Origin: Octopus vulgaris
Lineage: Eukaryota
Direction of reading: 5' to 3'
NCBI GenBank assembly: GCA_951406725.2
Contig: OX597832.1
Coordinates: 6,882,001 to 6,946,000 of the forward strand
DNA: 64,000 nt
Shown: positions 27,000-40,560 of the stretch, in pieces
How positions within the stretch are numbered: position 1 is the stretch's first letter
How the letters are laid out: every line of letters begins with the position of its first letter
Notes under the pieces: model-generated
The model's input: only the letters and a program-made list of their open reading frames with translations
Databases searched by the model: none
What the model was told of the DNA's origin: nothing
Made by a program: the position numbers and the translations under genes

Positions 27000-27228
27000 T
27001 TTAACCCTTTCGATACCAGCCTGGCTGAAACCAGCTCTGGCTCTGAATACAAATGTCTTGTTTTCATAAGTTTTGAATTAAAATCTTCCACCAAACTTTA
27101 GTCGCAATTTATCTTCCTAATATTAGCTGAATGATAACTAAGTTATTTTACTAATTTCTTTGTTATATTTAAAGTAATTGAAAGCAACACAGAGTATCTC
27201 AAAATAAATATAGTAATGAAAAGGTTAA
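27000..27228. mobile_element. piggyBac-type MITE, second family
   Basis: TTAA-CCCTTTCGATAC ... TAATGAAAAGG-TTAA; interrupts an LTR remnant. Confidence 0.65.
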
Positions 27229-27731
27229 GGTTGCACAAAGCACTGATGCCAAACCTAGATGGTAATAGAGAGCCGATTTCTGTATGCATTCCTCTGAAGG
27301 AATTAAGTTGCTAATGTTTAAGTCTGTTCCCAACCAAATTAACACTGATCACTATGAAATCGGGGGGAAAAAAACAACATTTGACTAAAAATTCTTTGAG
27401 GTGGTGCTCCAACATGGTCACAGGCTAATGACTGCAACAAGTAAAAGATAAAAGGTATAATTCTATGGTAACATTATCTTGGAAAAAGAAATAAAATAGG
27501 CTGCCATTTGATATGGACAAATCATTTTTAAGAAAATAAGAGAAAAAAAAAAATGACATTGGAAAAGTTTCAAATCCTTAACAAACAAAATAACTTCCTT
27601 TACAAACGCCAACTGTGTAAAATCAATTTAGACACCTGTTTCAGTCTAAAATAAGGTAACTAGAGCCCAGCCTATCCATTTTAATTTGAACAATGTAAAA
27701 AGGTTATCAAATCAACAACAGAAAAATAATC

Positions 27732-27770
27732 TATATAAAGAGCTAACAACATACTATTAATTGTCATTCT
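27732..27770 (+). promoter_or_regulatory. TATA box + Inr of the nested VWC gene
   Basis: CTATATAAAG at 27732 followed about 30 nt later by TCATT (27764-27768); possible short 5'UTR intron 27788-27888 (gtgaag...ttttag). Confidence 0.6.
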
Positions 27771-27892
27771 ATAGAAAAAGATAGAAAGTGAAGGAAGAAA
27801 GCCATCAATATTTTACTTTTGCACAAATATATACATATACCTACATAGTTACATTCAAGCAATTTTTCTAACAATACTTTTCTTTTAGTATC

Positions 27893-28229
27893 ATGAAGCA
27901 TTCAGCAATAGTTTTTGTTCTGCTCTACTGCACCTGGGGAATATCCCCCATAAAAGGGATACCACCAACTCCTATGGTGGATCTAGAAGCAATTGAAAGT
28001 CAGCTGGATCTGGGAACAACAGCAGCACCCTCTGATGATGAAGATATTCAAGGATGTGAAACAGAAGATGGTTTTGTACCAATTGGAAAAACGGTGAGTA
28101 AGGAACCGTGCAAGCAATGTACATGTACAGCAAATGGTGACATGAACTGTAACACAACTGTTTGCCCTAAGCTTAACTGTGTTGATTTCGAAAATGTTGA
28201 AGATGAATGCTGTCCAATTTGCCCAAATG
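27893..28229 (+). CDS. Secreted VWC-domain protein (VWC2/VWC2L, Brorin-like), coding exon 1
   Basis: atcATG, hydrophobic signal peptide, acidic linker, canonical VWC cysteine pattern (C..PCxxCxC..C....CP..C..CCPxC); donor G|gtaagt, phase 1. Confidence 0.92.
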
Positions 28230-28439
28230 GTAAGTAATTACAAATACTATTATTATCAGTTGGTAATGTGCTCTCAATGCACACACCAGTGAAGTTCTAT
28301 GTACTTTGGGTATATATAATGCATTTTGTCTTCCTTATATTTATGTAATATAAGTGCATTGTGTGATAATGCTTCTTAAAAAAAAAAAATTCTCTGTAAC
28401 TTCTAGAATTATTATTACCATTTTATACTGTTTCCTCTG

Positions 28440-29000
28440 CTAGAATGGTTTGGACAGGTCTTCTCTAATGCAGCTACTCACCACTTTTTTCAGTCCCTTG
28501 TTTCCTTCAAGATATTCACCATCTTGAGATCAGCCCTCACTTCTTCCCAAGTCTTCTTTATCCTTTCTGCAGGTTCTTTCCCTCAGATCACCTGGCTTCT
28601 TTATCCAGCTGTCATCTTCCATATGCATCAGTACAGTCTCCTCTCTGGCAAACTATGGCCATTTTATCTTATACTCAGTTTTTCTATTGACTCGTTTGTG
28701 CCCTATCAGTCATTTACACTAACAATACACATCCAATGGAACATGCTCACCTCATTCTTTTCCATTTTTCAAACATCCTCCACATTCAATACTTGTGTTT
28801 TGCTACCATGCAATTAGTATACAAGCACCATACAACCTGCCCTCAGAGAATCCCTTTACTGCTAACAGAGGTAAAAGCTCCTTAAACTTTTACCCGTAAT
28901 TCTCTTACTTTAGCTACCATGCATTCGGAGCATCACCACAGCTGGTTAGGTTACCTAGGTAACAGAAGCTAACAACTCCTTTGAGGGAACCCTATAAGCA
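28440..29000 (-). mobile_element. Decayed RTE LINE 3' fragment
   Basis: Reverse-strand similarity to the other RTE copies (ccctcagag, gttacctaggtaacagaagct). Confidence 0.55.
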
Positions 29001-29499
29001 TTTTGAGTCTTCTGAACGTTTTGTTTTTATACTGTATGTATGGGCTCTTTTGGCCAATAAATAAAGGATTAGTGTCATTATCATCATTATTATTAAGAGC
29101 AGAAAAGAAGTAAAAAATGTAATGTTAAAGTCAAAATGCTTGTGGATATTTAGTTACATTTCTTTTCTTTCACAATTTAAATTTTGTCAAAATTGACTTT
29201 ATTCTGAGGTTGACTTGAGTTTACTATACCCTGCTCTAGAATAGGGTAGTTTTGTGCTAAAGTTAAAAATTATTATTAAGGCGATGAGCTGGCAGAATTG
29301 TTAGAGCATTCAACAAAAATGTCTTGTAGTATTTGCTCCATATCTATAAGTTCCAAGTTCAAATCCTGTCAAGATCAACTTTGCCTTTCATCCTTTTGTG
29401 GTCAGCAAAATAACATGCAAGTGCTGGGGTCAATGATATTGACCAATTCTCTGCCCTCAAAATTGCTGACCTTGTACCTAAACTAGAAACATTATTACT

Positions 29500-30060
29500 A
29501 TTGTTATTAACTAACACATGCTATATTAGTTAGCAGGGGTGTTATCTTGAGGTTTGGTGACAAGTTTCCTCAAATCTCAAGAATATTTCTTAGGATTCTT
29601 GCAGAATATAGGATTGCACTTTTCTGTAAGTCAACAATGAGTGTTGATATCAAAATCTGTCAGCCTCTTAGGTAGTAGTTCAGGTGTTTTGCCAAGTGCA
29701 CTAATTACCACAGGAATAATAATTATCTTAGTCTACCACAATTTCTTCATTGCTCTGGCTAAGTCCTGAGATTTCTCAAAATTTTCAATTCTCTTCATAA
29801 CCACTCTATTACCATATGGTAGTGCAAAGTCTATGATTTAACACTGTTTCTTTTATCCTCTAAAATCATATTTGGTCTTCTTGCTTGAATAGTATGGTCA
29901 ACCTTCATGGAGAAATTTCATTAAATCCTTAATTCTTATTCTCTAATCACAACATCTGGCTTGTGTTCATAGCACTTTTCTGCTACTTTGAATCCAGACA
30001 CTTGGTTAACATCCCAATGCACTTTTACCCACAGTCATGCCTTATGGTATTGCTTTCAGC
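29500..30060 (-). mobile_element. R4/Dong-like (RLE-type) non-LTR retrotransposon 3' remnant
   Basis: Reverse strand: DHTIQARRPNMI..IIDFALPY..K.QDLA..KKLW..IPVVISALG (restriction-like endonuclease); a similar tail remnant lies at about 5825-5980(+). Confidence 0.7.
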
Positions 30061-30456
30061 ACTTTATGCTCTCTATTCAAATCCTGTCAAGCTAAGCTTT
30101 CCCTTTCATCTCTCTGAGGTTCATAAAATAAAAGTAGCAGTTAAGCAGAAGATCAATGGTATTAGCTAAACCCTTCACTACAAAAATGCTGGCCTTCAGC
30201 CTAAACCAGAATCTATTATCGTTTTCTTTAAGATTGGAATAAAATGCCTTATAGTACTTCCTCTGGTTCACTGAGTTCAAATTTAGGAACCTACCATAGA
30301 CCCGTTTGTAGCGGGAAAACTACTCCTCCAGGACCTAGCTAATGGTGATAGGTCAAATGGAAAAACAGTTTGTTCACATCAATAAAGCAAGCCAACCTTG
30401 CATAAATAGGATTTTAAAAAATTATTTTTGTAAAATGTTTAACATATACATATTCA

Positions 30457-30552
30457 CATGTAGTTATTGTGACCCTAAATTAGGGACAGTAATAGCTTCT
30501 GTGTCATGTAGTTATTGTGACCCTAAATTAGGGACAGTAATAGCTTCTGTGT
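30457..30552. repeat. Perfect 48-bp tandem duplication
   Basis: CATGTAGTTATTGTGACCCTAAATTAGGGACAGTAATAGCTTCTGTGT twice. Confidence 0.95.
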
Positions 30553-32044
30553 ACTATTTTATCAACAGCCTTTTTCAAAGAATGTGTTTTCTTTATAAGA
30601 CTATCTTCTGGATTACAGAGTAATAAAAATAACAGAGTATCAGGCTGAACGCCTAACCATATTTAATTTCATCCCATTGCATTTTAAATTCAAATCGACT
30701 TTCTATCTCTCAAGAGTGAATGAAATAAGTGGTCATCTATTGGGGTCAAGTCAATAAAGGTACCTCATCTTTAAACATTCTTACATAAGAAATTATTATT
30801 ACTGTTAAGGTAGTTAGCTAGTAGAATCATTAGAGCATAACAAAACAATGTTTTGCATTATTTAATCCAACTCAAAGCAGCGAGCTAGCAGAACCATTAG
30901 CACGCTGGGCAAAGTGCTTAACGGTATTTCATCTGTCTTTACATTTTGAGTTCAAATTCTGCCGAGGTCGACTTTGCCTTTCATTCTTTCGGGGTCGATT
31001 AAATAAGTGCAAGTTGCACACTGGGGGCGATGTAATTGACTTAATCCCTTACCCCAAATTTGAGGCCTTGTGCTTCCAGTAGAAAGGATTATTTGATCTA
31101 GCTCTTCACCTTATTTTAAATACTGCTGAGGTCAACTTTGCTTTCATCCTTTCAGGGTTAATAAAGTACCAGTTAAATACTTGGGTCAAAAGCATCAACT
31201 CTTCCCTTTAAAGATACTGGCCTTGCACCCATACAAGCAGCAGTTGCTGCTCCTACCATCATTATTACCATTGCTATTATTACTTTTATTCAATTTATTG
31301 TTAGTATTTAAACCAGCCGTATCTGACCACAATATTCCAGCTGTTTTACATTCTAACTGGCAAAACCCAGCTTCTCACACCTACCCTACAATGTCACTCG
31401 AAAAATAAAGTCACATAATCAAAATCTCAAAACTACAAGATAATGCACAATTAATTAAATCAATGCAAATAAATATTACATTTGACAGAGTAATCTAAAT
31501 TTTAAAGAGTCAATATATCATATATTTTAGGAGGTAAGTGGATGGCAGATTAGAGATTATTGTCATAAATCATACAGTTTGCATAGCTTTATGTTGAGAG
31601 TTCAGATCTCCCTTAGTGTGGGTGGGGAACAACATTTTATTAACTTTTTAATTATTGAGGTTCAATAATAAATCAGTACCAGCTGAGTACTGGGGTTAAT
31701 TCAATCAACAATACCTTTTCCTTACAAATTTCTGACTCAGCTAATTTTAGAATTCATCTTGCAAATAATAAAATGCAATTCGTGCCTCATCAGTCATGCT
31801 GGTAGAGGGAGATTAAACAACAGATGAAGTGGTAGTGAGTGGCAGTCTGAGACATTACGTGCAGGTGAAATGTAGTAAAGGTTTTGTTCTCAAATCACTA
31901 TGCAAATTTTTATCAAGAATTATGTTTACTTCAACAAACTCACTCATACATTTAAAAATACATGAAATTAAATATTACACATTTTTGATTTCAAAATATT
32001 GCTCATCTAAAACACACAGACAGACAGACAGATAGATACCTATA

Positions 32045-32786
32045 TCTATACTATAATGGAGAAAGCTGCTTATTAATTAGGCATGTCACAGTTACTAAAA
32101 GTACTAAAAGAAAGCAATTTATAAAGGGTTGAACATTTGGAGATATTTTTTATAAATTCATGTTCTAAGAAATTTCCTATAATTTTCATTTCTCAAGTTT
32201 ATTGAATTTTTCCACTCCAATTTCTTGCAAATTTAAATATTACATTCACTACATCCAATTCTTCACAAATTTAAATATTCATTACATTCACTGCGGTGTA
32301 TTCCATTTTCATTTACAAAGTCTCTCACTTTCTCTTTCAATGTTTTCAAGTTTTAATTTGTTATTTGGAAAACTGACAGTTTATTCTATTAATGTATATG
32401 TAATGTAAAAACATTATTTATGAATGAAAATTTAAAAAAAAATACCCATATAACTTTTGTAAAATAAATCTAAAAGTGATTTTGTTGTTATGGCTGTTTG
32501 GAATGCTATTTGCCTTACAATAACTATCTGGACTGATTTTGGCCATTTTCTTTTTTAACTTAAAAACTGTGGGAAGAGGCTTTTCAGTAAAAGCAAAAAC
32601 AAATTGTAAATATTTTCAGAGGAAAAGGTGAACAATTCAAGGGAAGTTTCGCTGTTGTTTCTAGCACAACCCAAACCATCTTTCCTTTTCACTCTTTCAT
32701 GTATTGATATTTTTTCAACACTTTTCTCCCATAAACATATTTTATGGAACGATGATGCGAAAGTAACACACGCATGGTCCACTGGT
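32045..32786 (+). mobile_element. Possible degenerate Helitron-like element
   Basis: Starts TCTATACTATA and ends ...CACTGG|T; terminal hairpin poor. Confidence 0.35.
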
Positions 32787-33262
32787 GGAATATAAGCAAT
32801 AAAATATATTGTAATCTAATTTTTTACCCCCACCTCAATCAAAGCTGTGTGTAAGAAAAAACATTTACTAACCAAAAAGTATGTTATTTAAATGAATTAG
32901 TGTTTAATTAACTCTTTGTTTTTAATCAATGAACTTCTCAGGCTCTCCAATATTTTAATTTCTAAACAGAAACAATAGGGGGCAAGGAATAGGGTTGCAA
33001 AAAATTCATAATTTCTCAAATTTTCTTTTTTTTATAATATATAAATGTATTTTTTTGGGGGGGAAAAAATATTGGAAAATATCAATACATGTGAGAGTGA
33101 TAAAGAAACAAGGAGGTTTGTCTTTGGATGTGCTAGAAACAACAGCCAAATTGCTCTTAAATCACTCCTCCCTCTGAAAATATTAACAAGTTTTTTTTTG
33201 TTTTTTTTTATTGAAATGCCTTTTCCCATTGTTTTGAAGTGCAAAAAAAATTGGCCAAAATA
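32540..33262. repeat. Diverged inverted repeat pair (about 32540-32720 vs 33060-33262)
   Basis: ORFs 32555- and 33045+ share GCARNNS; TGTGCTAGAAACAACAGC is present on both strands. Confidence 0.65.
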
Positions 33263-33865
33263 GGTCAGGAGTGGGATGATGAGCGGGGGGGGGGAGTCTA
33301 AAAAATAAAGAGTTTTCAAAATTTTTCATACAAAGATGCTCCCCACCCTCATCATTTGGGAAAATCCTCAAAAAAGTTTTTCCCCACAAATTTCTTGACA
33401 ATCGTAATCTACACCATTTTAAAGAGATTTGTATAAACCTTCATTAAAAGATACCCATTTTCCTGAAAATTATGAGGGAAAAAATTCAGATTATGTGAAT
33501 TTTCTGAAACTCTTCTCCCCACCTCTATAGGAAAAATTCTTTCCCATAAATCTCTATATTCTCTGAAGCCACAACATCTCAGCGGTATTTGTAGAAAATT
33601 TTGTTTAAAAGTATCCATTTTTCTGGATGTTACGAGGCAACACAATTGGGGGCATATACATCTGTAGTAATACTGTTTATTTATTCGATCTTTTCATTTC
33701 ATGTTTATTTCCTTCATTGTTTTCAATGTTCTCTCTCTCACATACACACACACTGCAAAGCTTACAGATGGGCTGCTGAATTGAAATCTCTATGTTGCTT
33801 TGAGGAGAAGATAAAATTTGACAAAATGCTTCTATCTCTGTTGTTGGACTATCATGATATTAAAA

Positions 33866-34305
33866 CAGGGATGGACAATTTTTCATCAACTGGGAGCCAC
33901 ATCATACCATTTCTAAGCGGGAGAGGGCCGCATGATAAAACATAAGCATGAAATATTACTTGCTCACTTTACACTAAATTTTTTGCAGTTCTTCTTAATT
34001 TTATTTGTCTTAGTATGAAAGTTTACATAAAGCTGACATCTCTTTCATTATTTCTTAATGATGATAATGATGATTACTAGTGTAAATAAATTATAGTTTA
34101 AAATATTAAGGTAAAAAAAAACAAAAAAAACATTGATATTTTATTAAGAAATCTCATTATCTGTATCAATGAGATTTTTGCACATTCACATTCTTTACCA
34201 TATTTTCAATATTTGGTAGAATATGCTTAGGATATGCTGCAAATTAGTAACCTAGAAACTCAAGGGTCACAAAACATCTTGAGGGCTGCAGGATGCCCAT
34301 GCATG
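33866..34305. mobile_element. hAT-type MITE (degenerate)
   Basis: CAGGGATGGACA ... TGCCCATGCATG; flanks tattaaaa / gtttaaaa. Confidence 0.5.
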
Positions 34306-34834
34306 GTTTAAAAAAAAGAGAGGGGACGGTGATAAAATAATGGAAGAATTATTTACTAAACAAGTGAGCACTATCATACAAAGAAATAATTAGAGGTAAA
34401 ATATCATAAAAATTATAAAAATTGGGAATCAAATGTGAAATATTATCAAGGGGCTAGCAGAAAGACCACCCTCCAGGCAGTTTTCTACACATATACACAC
34501 ACACACATATACATATATATATATGCCGGTGGCATGTGTAAAAATATTCGAGCGAGGTCGATGTCAGTGCCACCTGACTGGCCCTGTGCCGGTGGCACGT
34601 AAAAAGCACCCACTACACTCTCGGAGTGGTTGGCGTTAGGAAGGGCATCCAGCTGTGGAAACTCTGCCGGATCAAGAGTGAAGCCTGGTGCGGCCATCTG
34701 GTTTGCCAGCCCTCAGTCAAAGTCGTCCAACCCATGCTAGCATGGAAAGTGGACGTTAAATGATGATGATGATGATGATATACGCATACATACAGAGTTG
34801 GGTGTAAGTCTGTTAATTGTTAATTAACGAAGTG

Positions 34835-36070
34835 AATCTGTTCAGTTTGGCTCACAGATTTTAAAAAATTTGTTTAACAGTTTCAAACTTCATATACTGG
34901 TGGAATGGCTCACGCAGAACATAGTTTACTTAGAACATTTTTCACATAGTTTGGTATTTTAGAAGTTATTTCATATTAAAGTTGTCGTATTTAGGTAATT
35001 CCGACCAATCAACAGCATGTATTCAGTTGAAGAAAGCTATTGCTGTTTGTGATAGTAACTGAAGAGGAACAACATCCGGATCATCTCTACTAAATATTAC
35101 CACTATGTTCTATTCATATGTCGAGTGAAGATAATGCTGCCTTTATCATTTCTAGTCAGCACTGTGCATTCCTTACCCTTTCCCTCCCTTCTACACAATC
35201 AACTAGCAACCAGCGAGTGAACTTGTCACTGCCACAACAATTACCATATTTTCCAGTGTATAAGCTGCTATTTGTTTTGTTTTATCTTCATGTTTTGATA
35301 ATGTTATTTATAATCTAATAAAGGCTTTTATATTGACAAAATGTATTTGATGTTGATTATAGTAAGATAAAATCATGACAATGACAATATATCTCATAGT
35401 TGTAAAATAAGGCATTTTGAAACTACATACACGTCAACAACAAAAAAGCTAGCTGCAGACTCGTAGCTCTATAGGTCATTTAAACACTGGTGCGCTTTAT
35501 GTGTGGATAAAACACTGATGTCGAGCAAATGAATAAATATATGTAAATAATATTTCTTCCTTCTTGGTGTTGATTCTTTGACGTTTATTGGTTACTCAGA
35601 AGCAAGAACCAAAAAAAAAGAAAGAAAGAAAGTTTAATGCAGGCAGTAAACAAACATTTAGTAAAGATGACCTCAAAGTTGTTCCTCTTCAATTACTATC
35701 ACAAACAGCCGTAGCTTTCTTCAACTGAATATACGTCTTCGATTGGCATTAGGAAGAGCATCCAGCTGTAGGAACACTGCCAGATCAGACTGGGCCTGGC
35801 GCAGTCTTCTGGCTTCCCAGACCCCAGTTGAACCGTCCAACCCATGCTAGCATGGAAAACAGACGTTAAATGATGATGATGATGATGATAGGTTGAAATT
35901 ACCCAAATACAACTCTAACATGAAATAACTACTAAAATACCAAATTTTGTGAAAAAATGTTCAAAGTAAACTGTGTTCTGCGTGAAACATTCCACCAGTA
36001 TATGAAATTTCAAACTGTTTAGTTAAAAAAATTTAATTAAAAACTCTGTGAGCCAAACTGAACAGATCCA
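34835..36070. mobile_element. Long-TIR element (about 250 bp arms) with retroposon insertion at about 35741-35890
   Basis: ATCTGTTCAGTTTGGCTCACAGA ... TCTGTGAGCCAAACTGAACAGAT; shares AAACTTCATATACTGGT with the 17673 element. Confidence 0.78.
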
Positions 36071-37149
36071 ATGAAGGTAACAATTTCATTAACGATTTAA
36101 CTTTCAAGTTAACTTTGGAAATCATTATCGGATAATGTAACTTCCATTAACCCCAAAATTTCATAAAATCCGGTAAATGTTTAACGCCACATATTTAATA
36201 TTGTATGTGTCTATTATTATAAATAACTTGTAGGACCTTGTTTGGCCTTGCCTGGATTTGAAACCAAATCCATCCGCATGTTGCTTGCAAAGACAGCAGG
36301 AAATTTCTTTGTCCTGTCAAGAGGGAACAGTGACTGATGTGTTTCCACTTGATCTGTGACCTCGTTATGTCACGGAAAGAATTATGTATTAAAAAATTTT
36401 TTTTTTTATTTATCTAGTTTCAGCTCACTAGCTGTGGCCATGCTGGGGCACTGCCATTTATATACCGTGTTTTTCATTATATTTTTTTTCTTTTTACAGC
36501 CACTTTATCAATAAACTTTTTTCAGTTTGATACTAATATTGGGTTTCATTGGAGTTTTTTTTAACCCTTTTCGGCTCTTTAAAAAGCTAAAAGAGGACCC
36601 CAAACTATGAAATCAGCTTTTTTTAGGCCCTTCAAAATTTAAAACTATAAAATTAGCATTTTTTTAACTCTAAAGCAGAAAAATAACTATAGTTTTTTGT
36701 TCTAAAGCCTTCAAAAAGGCAAAAAAAAGCTTATTTTATAGTTTTGGCACTTTTAACCCTTGAGTGTTTAAACCAGCCAAAACCCATTGTATCTAATTCC
36801 TCTATGAAATCTTTTTAAAAAATAAACAAATCATGTTAGTGAATTCTTGTAGCTTTGAGATAATGTAAGGGCTTTTCTTCCAGAAAGCACAGAACTGGGA
36901 GAAAAGCAAAATTAACTGATGTGGATGTCAACAGAGAAAATATTAACTTCCATAAAGTGGAACAAATAAATGGAAAGAAAACAGCTATTACGTGGTAGCA
37001 GAGCATGCTAGAAATAGCAGCCAAATCTTTCCTTTTCTAAAAAACGGAGCTGTTTACATGTGCTTTCAATGCCATATTAGTTGAAAGCATGCAAAATAAC
37101 CCGGAAAAGGAAAAAAGACCCACGAAACAAAACCCCCTTGGTGGGAAAC

Positions 37150-38052
37150 TTTGAGGTAACAAACGGCCTCTTGCTCAGAGTAAAAGGTAAACTGTATGAC
37201 GCATGTGTGCGAACAGCCATGCTACATGGCAGTGAAACATAGGCTGTGACTGCTGAGGACATGCTTAGGCTTGAAAGAAATGAAGCTAGTATGCCCCACT
37301 GGCTGTATAATGTCAGTGTGCATACACAATAGAGAAGTTGGACATAAGAAGCATCAAATGTGGTGGTATGGATATGTGTTGCATATGGATGAGAACAGCT
37401 GTGTGGAGTGTCATAACCTAGCAGTAGAGAGAACCTGTGGAAGAGGTAAACCCAGGAGACCTGGGATGAGGTAGTGAAACATGAATTTTGAACGTTTGGC
37501 CTCACTGAGGCAATGACAAGTGATCGAGACCTTTGGAGAAATGCTGTGCTTGAGAAGACCCAGTAAGCCAAGTGAGACCATGCCAGTGCAGCATAACCAG
37601 CCCATTTAAGAGAAACCTTCAATCATTGGGCAATAAACTGCACTTGCCAAGACCTGTTGAGGCAAGTGAAGTCGTCGTTGTGACCGATGAGAGTACTGCC
37701 CGATTGCCACCCGTGCTGGTGGCACATAAAAAGCACCATTCGAGCACAGTCGTTACCAGTGCCACCTAACTGATTGATGCCAGATGACCGGTCCCATGCC
37801 AGTGGCACATAAAAAGCATCATTCAAGATTAGCCGATGACAGTACTGTCTGACTGGCCCTCGTGTCTGAGGTACGTAAAAAGCATCCACTACACTCCCGG
37901 AGTGGTTGGCGTTAGGAAGGGCATCAAACTGTAGAAACATTGACAGATCGGACTGGACCTGGTGCAGCCATTCTTGCTTGCTAGCTCTCAGTCAAACCGT
38001 CCAACCCATGCCAGCATAGAAAGCGGACATTAACCGATGACAGTGATGATGA
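37150..38052 (+). mobile_element. RTE LINE 3' end with repeat-containing 3'UTR and (GAT)n tail
   Basis: YDACVRTAMLHGSE, GRGKPRR, then GTGGCAC.TAAAAAGCA units and the CCAACCCATGC...GATGATGAT tail. Confidence 0.85.
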
Positions 38053-38184
38053 TATGTAGGAATATATATATATATATATATATAGGAATATATACATATA
38101 TAAGAATATAAATATATATTTTTTTCTGTAATTTCAACTTAGAGCTGTGGACATGCTGATGCACCACCGTTTTACTACACTGTT

Positions 38185-38410
38185 ATTACTGAGAGCCTCC
38201 TCCAATATGTGGCACTTGATGAAGAATGGAATTTAATGTAGCAACCCTCATTTGCATCTCTTGCCGTGAGGTAGATTCATCTGAGACTCTCGACAGTAAG
38301 AGGTCCAGCTTTGATTTAAAAACGCCTACAACTACTTTGTGCAGGTTCCTCGGGCTCTTTGGGAGAATATTAAAAAGCTGTGAGCTCCTGAAACCCAGGT
38401 TGTTGCAGTA
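38185..38410 (-). mobile_element. 3' fragment of a different CR1/L2-group LINE
   Basis: QLFNILPKSPRNL..FKSKLDLLLSRVSDE..NSI motif. Confidence 0.6.
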
Positions 38411-39090
38411 ACTGGTCCTGAAGTGCTTTTTATGTGCCACTGGAACCAGAGCCAATAAGGCGAGCCTGGCAACAAACATAATCAGATGGTGCTTTTTAAG
38501 TGCCACTGGCACAGGAGCCAGTCCGGGAGGGTACAATTGGTCCATGTTTTTTGTGACGTGCCATTGGCATGGGAGCCATCCAAAAGGCACCAGCCCCAGC
38601 TATGATATTGGTTTTACTTGACTCAACAGGTCTTCTCAAGCATATCATATTGCCCAATGAATTACGTGTATTTTTAGCAGGGCTGGATGTGCGTGGCTGC
38701 CATCTCACTTTAGTTGCTGGGTTTTTCAATCACAGTGTATCTACAAAGGTCCAGGTTTCCTGTCATTGCTTCTGTGAGGCCCAGTGTTCGAAGGTCATGC
38801 TTCACCACCTCATCCCATACCTTCCTGGGTCTGCCTCTTCTACAGTTAGGGAGTGGCACTTCCTCACACAGCTGTCTTCAATCATACGTAACACATGGCC
38901 ATACCAGTGTAGTCGTCTCTCTTGCACACCACATTTGATGCTTCTTATGCCCAACTTTTCTCTCAGGGCGCTTACAATCTGTTGTGTATGCACACTGACA
39001 TTACACATCCAGCAAATCATACTAGCTTCATTTCTTTCAAGCCTATGCATGTCTTCAGCATTCAATGGCCCAAGTTTCATTGCTGTGTAG
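38410..39090 (-). mobile_element. RTE LINE 3' portion, inverted relative to the 37150 copy
   Basis: ORF 38802..39200: ERNEASMICWMC, REKLGIRSI, RRLHWYGHV. Confidence 0.85.
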
Positions 39091-39154
39091 TAATTGCTTC
39101 TTGCAACCTTTTCAATATTTGTTGACTGTCCATTATCTGAGCTGCATTTTTTTT

Positions 39155-39515
39155 TGTTTGTGTGTGTGTGTGTGTGTGTATGTATATATGTATTCTCCAT
39201 ATTTATGCATTTGTGTATTCATGTTTTTATGTGTGTGTGTACCTGTCTCTTTGAGTGTGTGTGTGTGTGCATGTCTGAGTGTGTCTGTGTATGGGTTTTT
39301 GTGACTATGTACTGTGTTTGTATGTGTGGGTGTGTCTCCATGAGTCCTTGAGTGAAGGGAAGTGTGTGTGTGCTTATGGTCATGTATTTCAATCTTCACA
39401 TGCGTGTGTATGTGTGCTTGTCTGTTCATATTATCTATGTATCTATCTGTCTGTATGTCTATCTGTTTGCCTACATACATGTGCATATACATACACACAT
39501 ACATGCATCTACATA
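39155..39515. repeat. Degenerate (TG)n/(TATC)n microsatellite block
   Basis: Visible low-complexity dinucleotide and tetranucleotide runs. Confidence 0.85.
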
Positions 39516-39589
39516 ACAACCCATTCTACTTGTATATAAATATAAACTGTGGGTATGAGTACCTACTACATATATTTCCTATTTAGTAC

Positions 39590-40560
39590 TGAGGATGTTT
39601 CATTGTTATTCACTCAGACATCTCCAAAGCATTTGGTAAAGTATCATATAGAGGACTGCTTCATAAACTAACCAACTATAGCATATCTAGTGAAGTCTTT
39701 TCTACTACCAAATCATTCGTACTAAGAATGATGCCTGAAAGTTGCATTAATGATCAGTCCTATAACATTGATGAAATCAATGCAGACATGGCTTAATGAT
39801 CTATCCCGAAACCTATGTTCTTCAAAGTGTTTATAAATAATTTACCTGATAAGATCCTTTATTGACACATTTTCTGATGATACCCCACTTTGCATTACTT
39901 AGAATATCATACACGTAGACATAGCAGATCTTTTCAGTGAACTTAACTGGAATATTGCTATGGATTGCTACATTTAAGAGCAACCTAGTATCTATCACCA
40001 TCATGAAACTCCTGATGTTATTTTGATGGACATGAGTATTTTGAAGGAATCTTTTTGTTTGAAGAGACACTTTAATCTCAAATTTAAATCTAATTCGGGA
40101 TGGGATTCCTATATCACAATTACTGCCACTAGAGTGGTGGGCTCTTTCTACTATACAAAACAGTTGCTAACACCTGAATCTCTATTGTGTCTCTACAAGA
40201 ACCAGATCAATCTCAAAATGAAGCCTTGCTCATACCTTTGAGTGACTTTCTCTGAACAGATACTATTCACTCTTGACAGTGCGGAAGTGAATAGAGTCTA
40301 GTATTTATCACTCCAACTACTCTATCATCAATGGAATGTTGCTAAAAGTCTGACCTTTGTCTACTGTTAAATCTATGGAAGATGCTCAGATGAGCATCAA
40401 TCTCTAATTGTACCAGTTTGGGATGCCATATTTAACAAATCACATCTGTGCTTCCTGGTATCTCAGACACATTTCTAGTTCTATGCACAAGACTTCATTT
40501 CCCAGAACAGCTGAGTTATGAAATAAACTCTTTTTACCATTGTGTTCACATTTTTAAATT
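39590..40560 (+). mobile_element. Highly decayed LINE RT remnant (L2/Jockey-group)
   Basis: DISKAFGKVSYRGLLHKL, FINNL, LYKNQI..MKPCSYLW-like remnants. Confidence 0.55.

Noticed and set aside
39065-39586. Cluster of Cys/Val- or His/Thr-rich ORFs
   Set aside because: Translation of (TG)n/(CA)n microsatellites.
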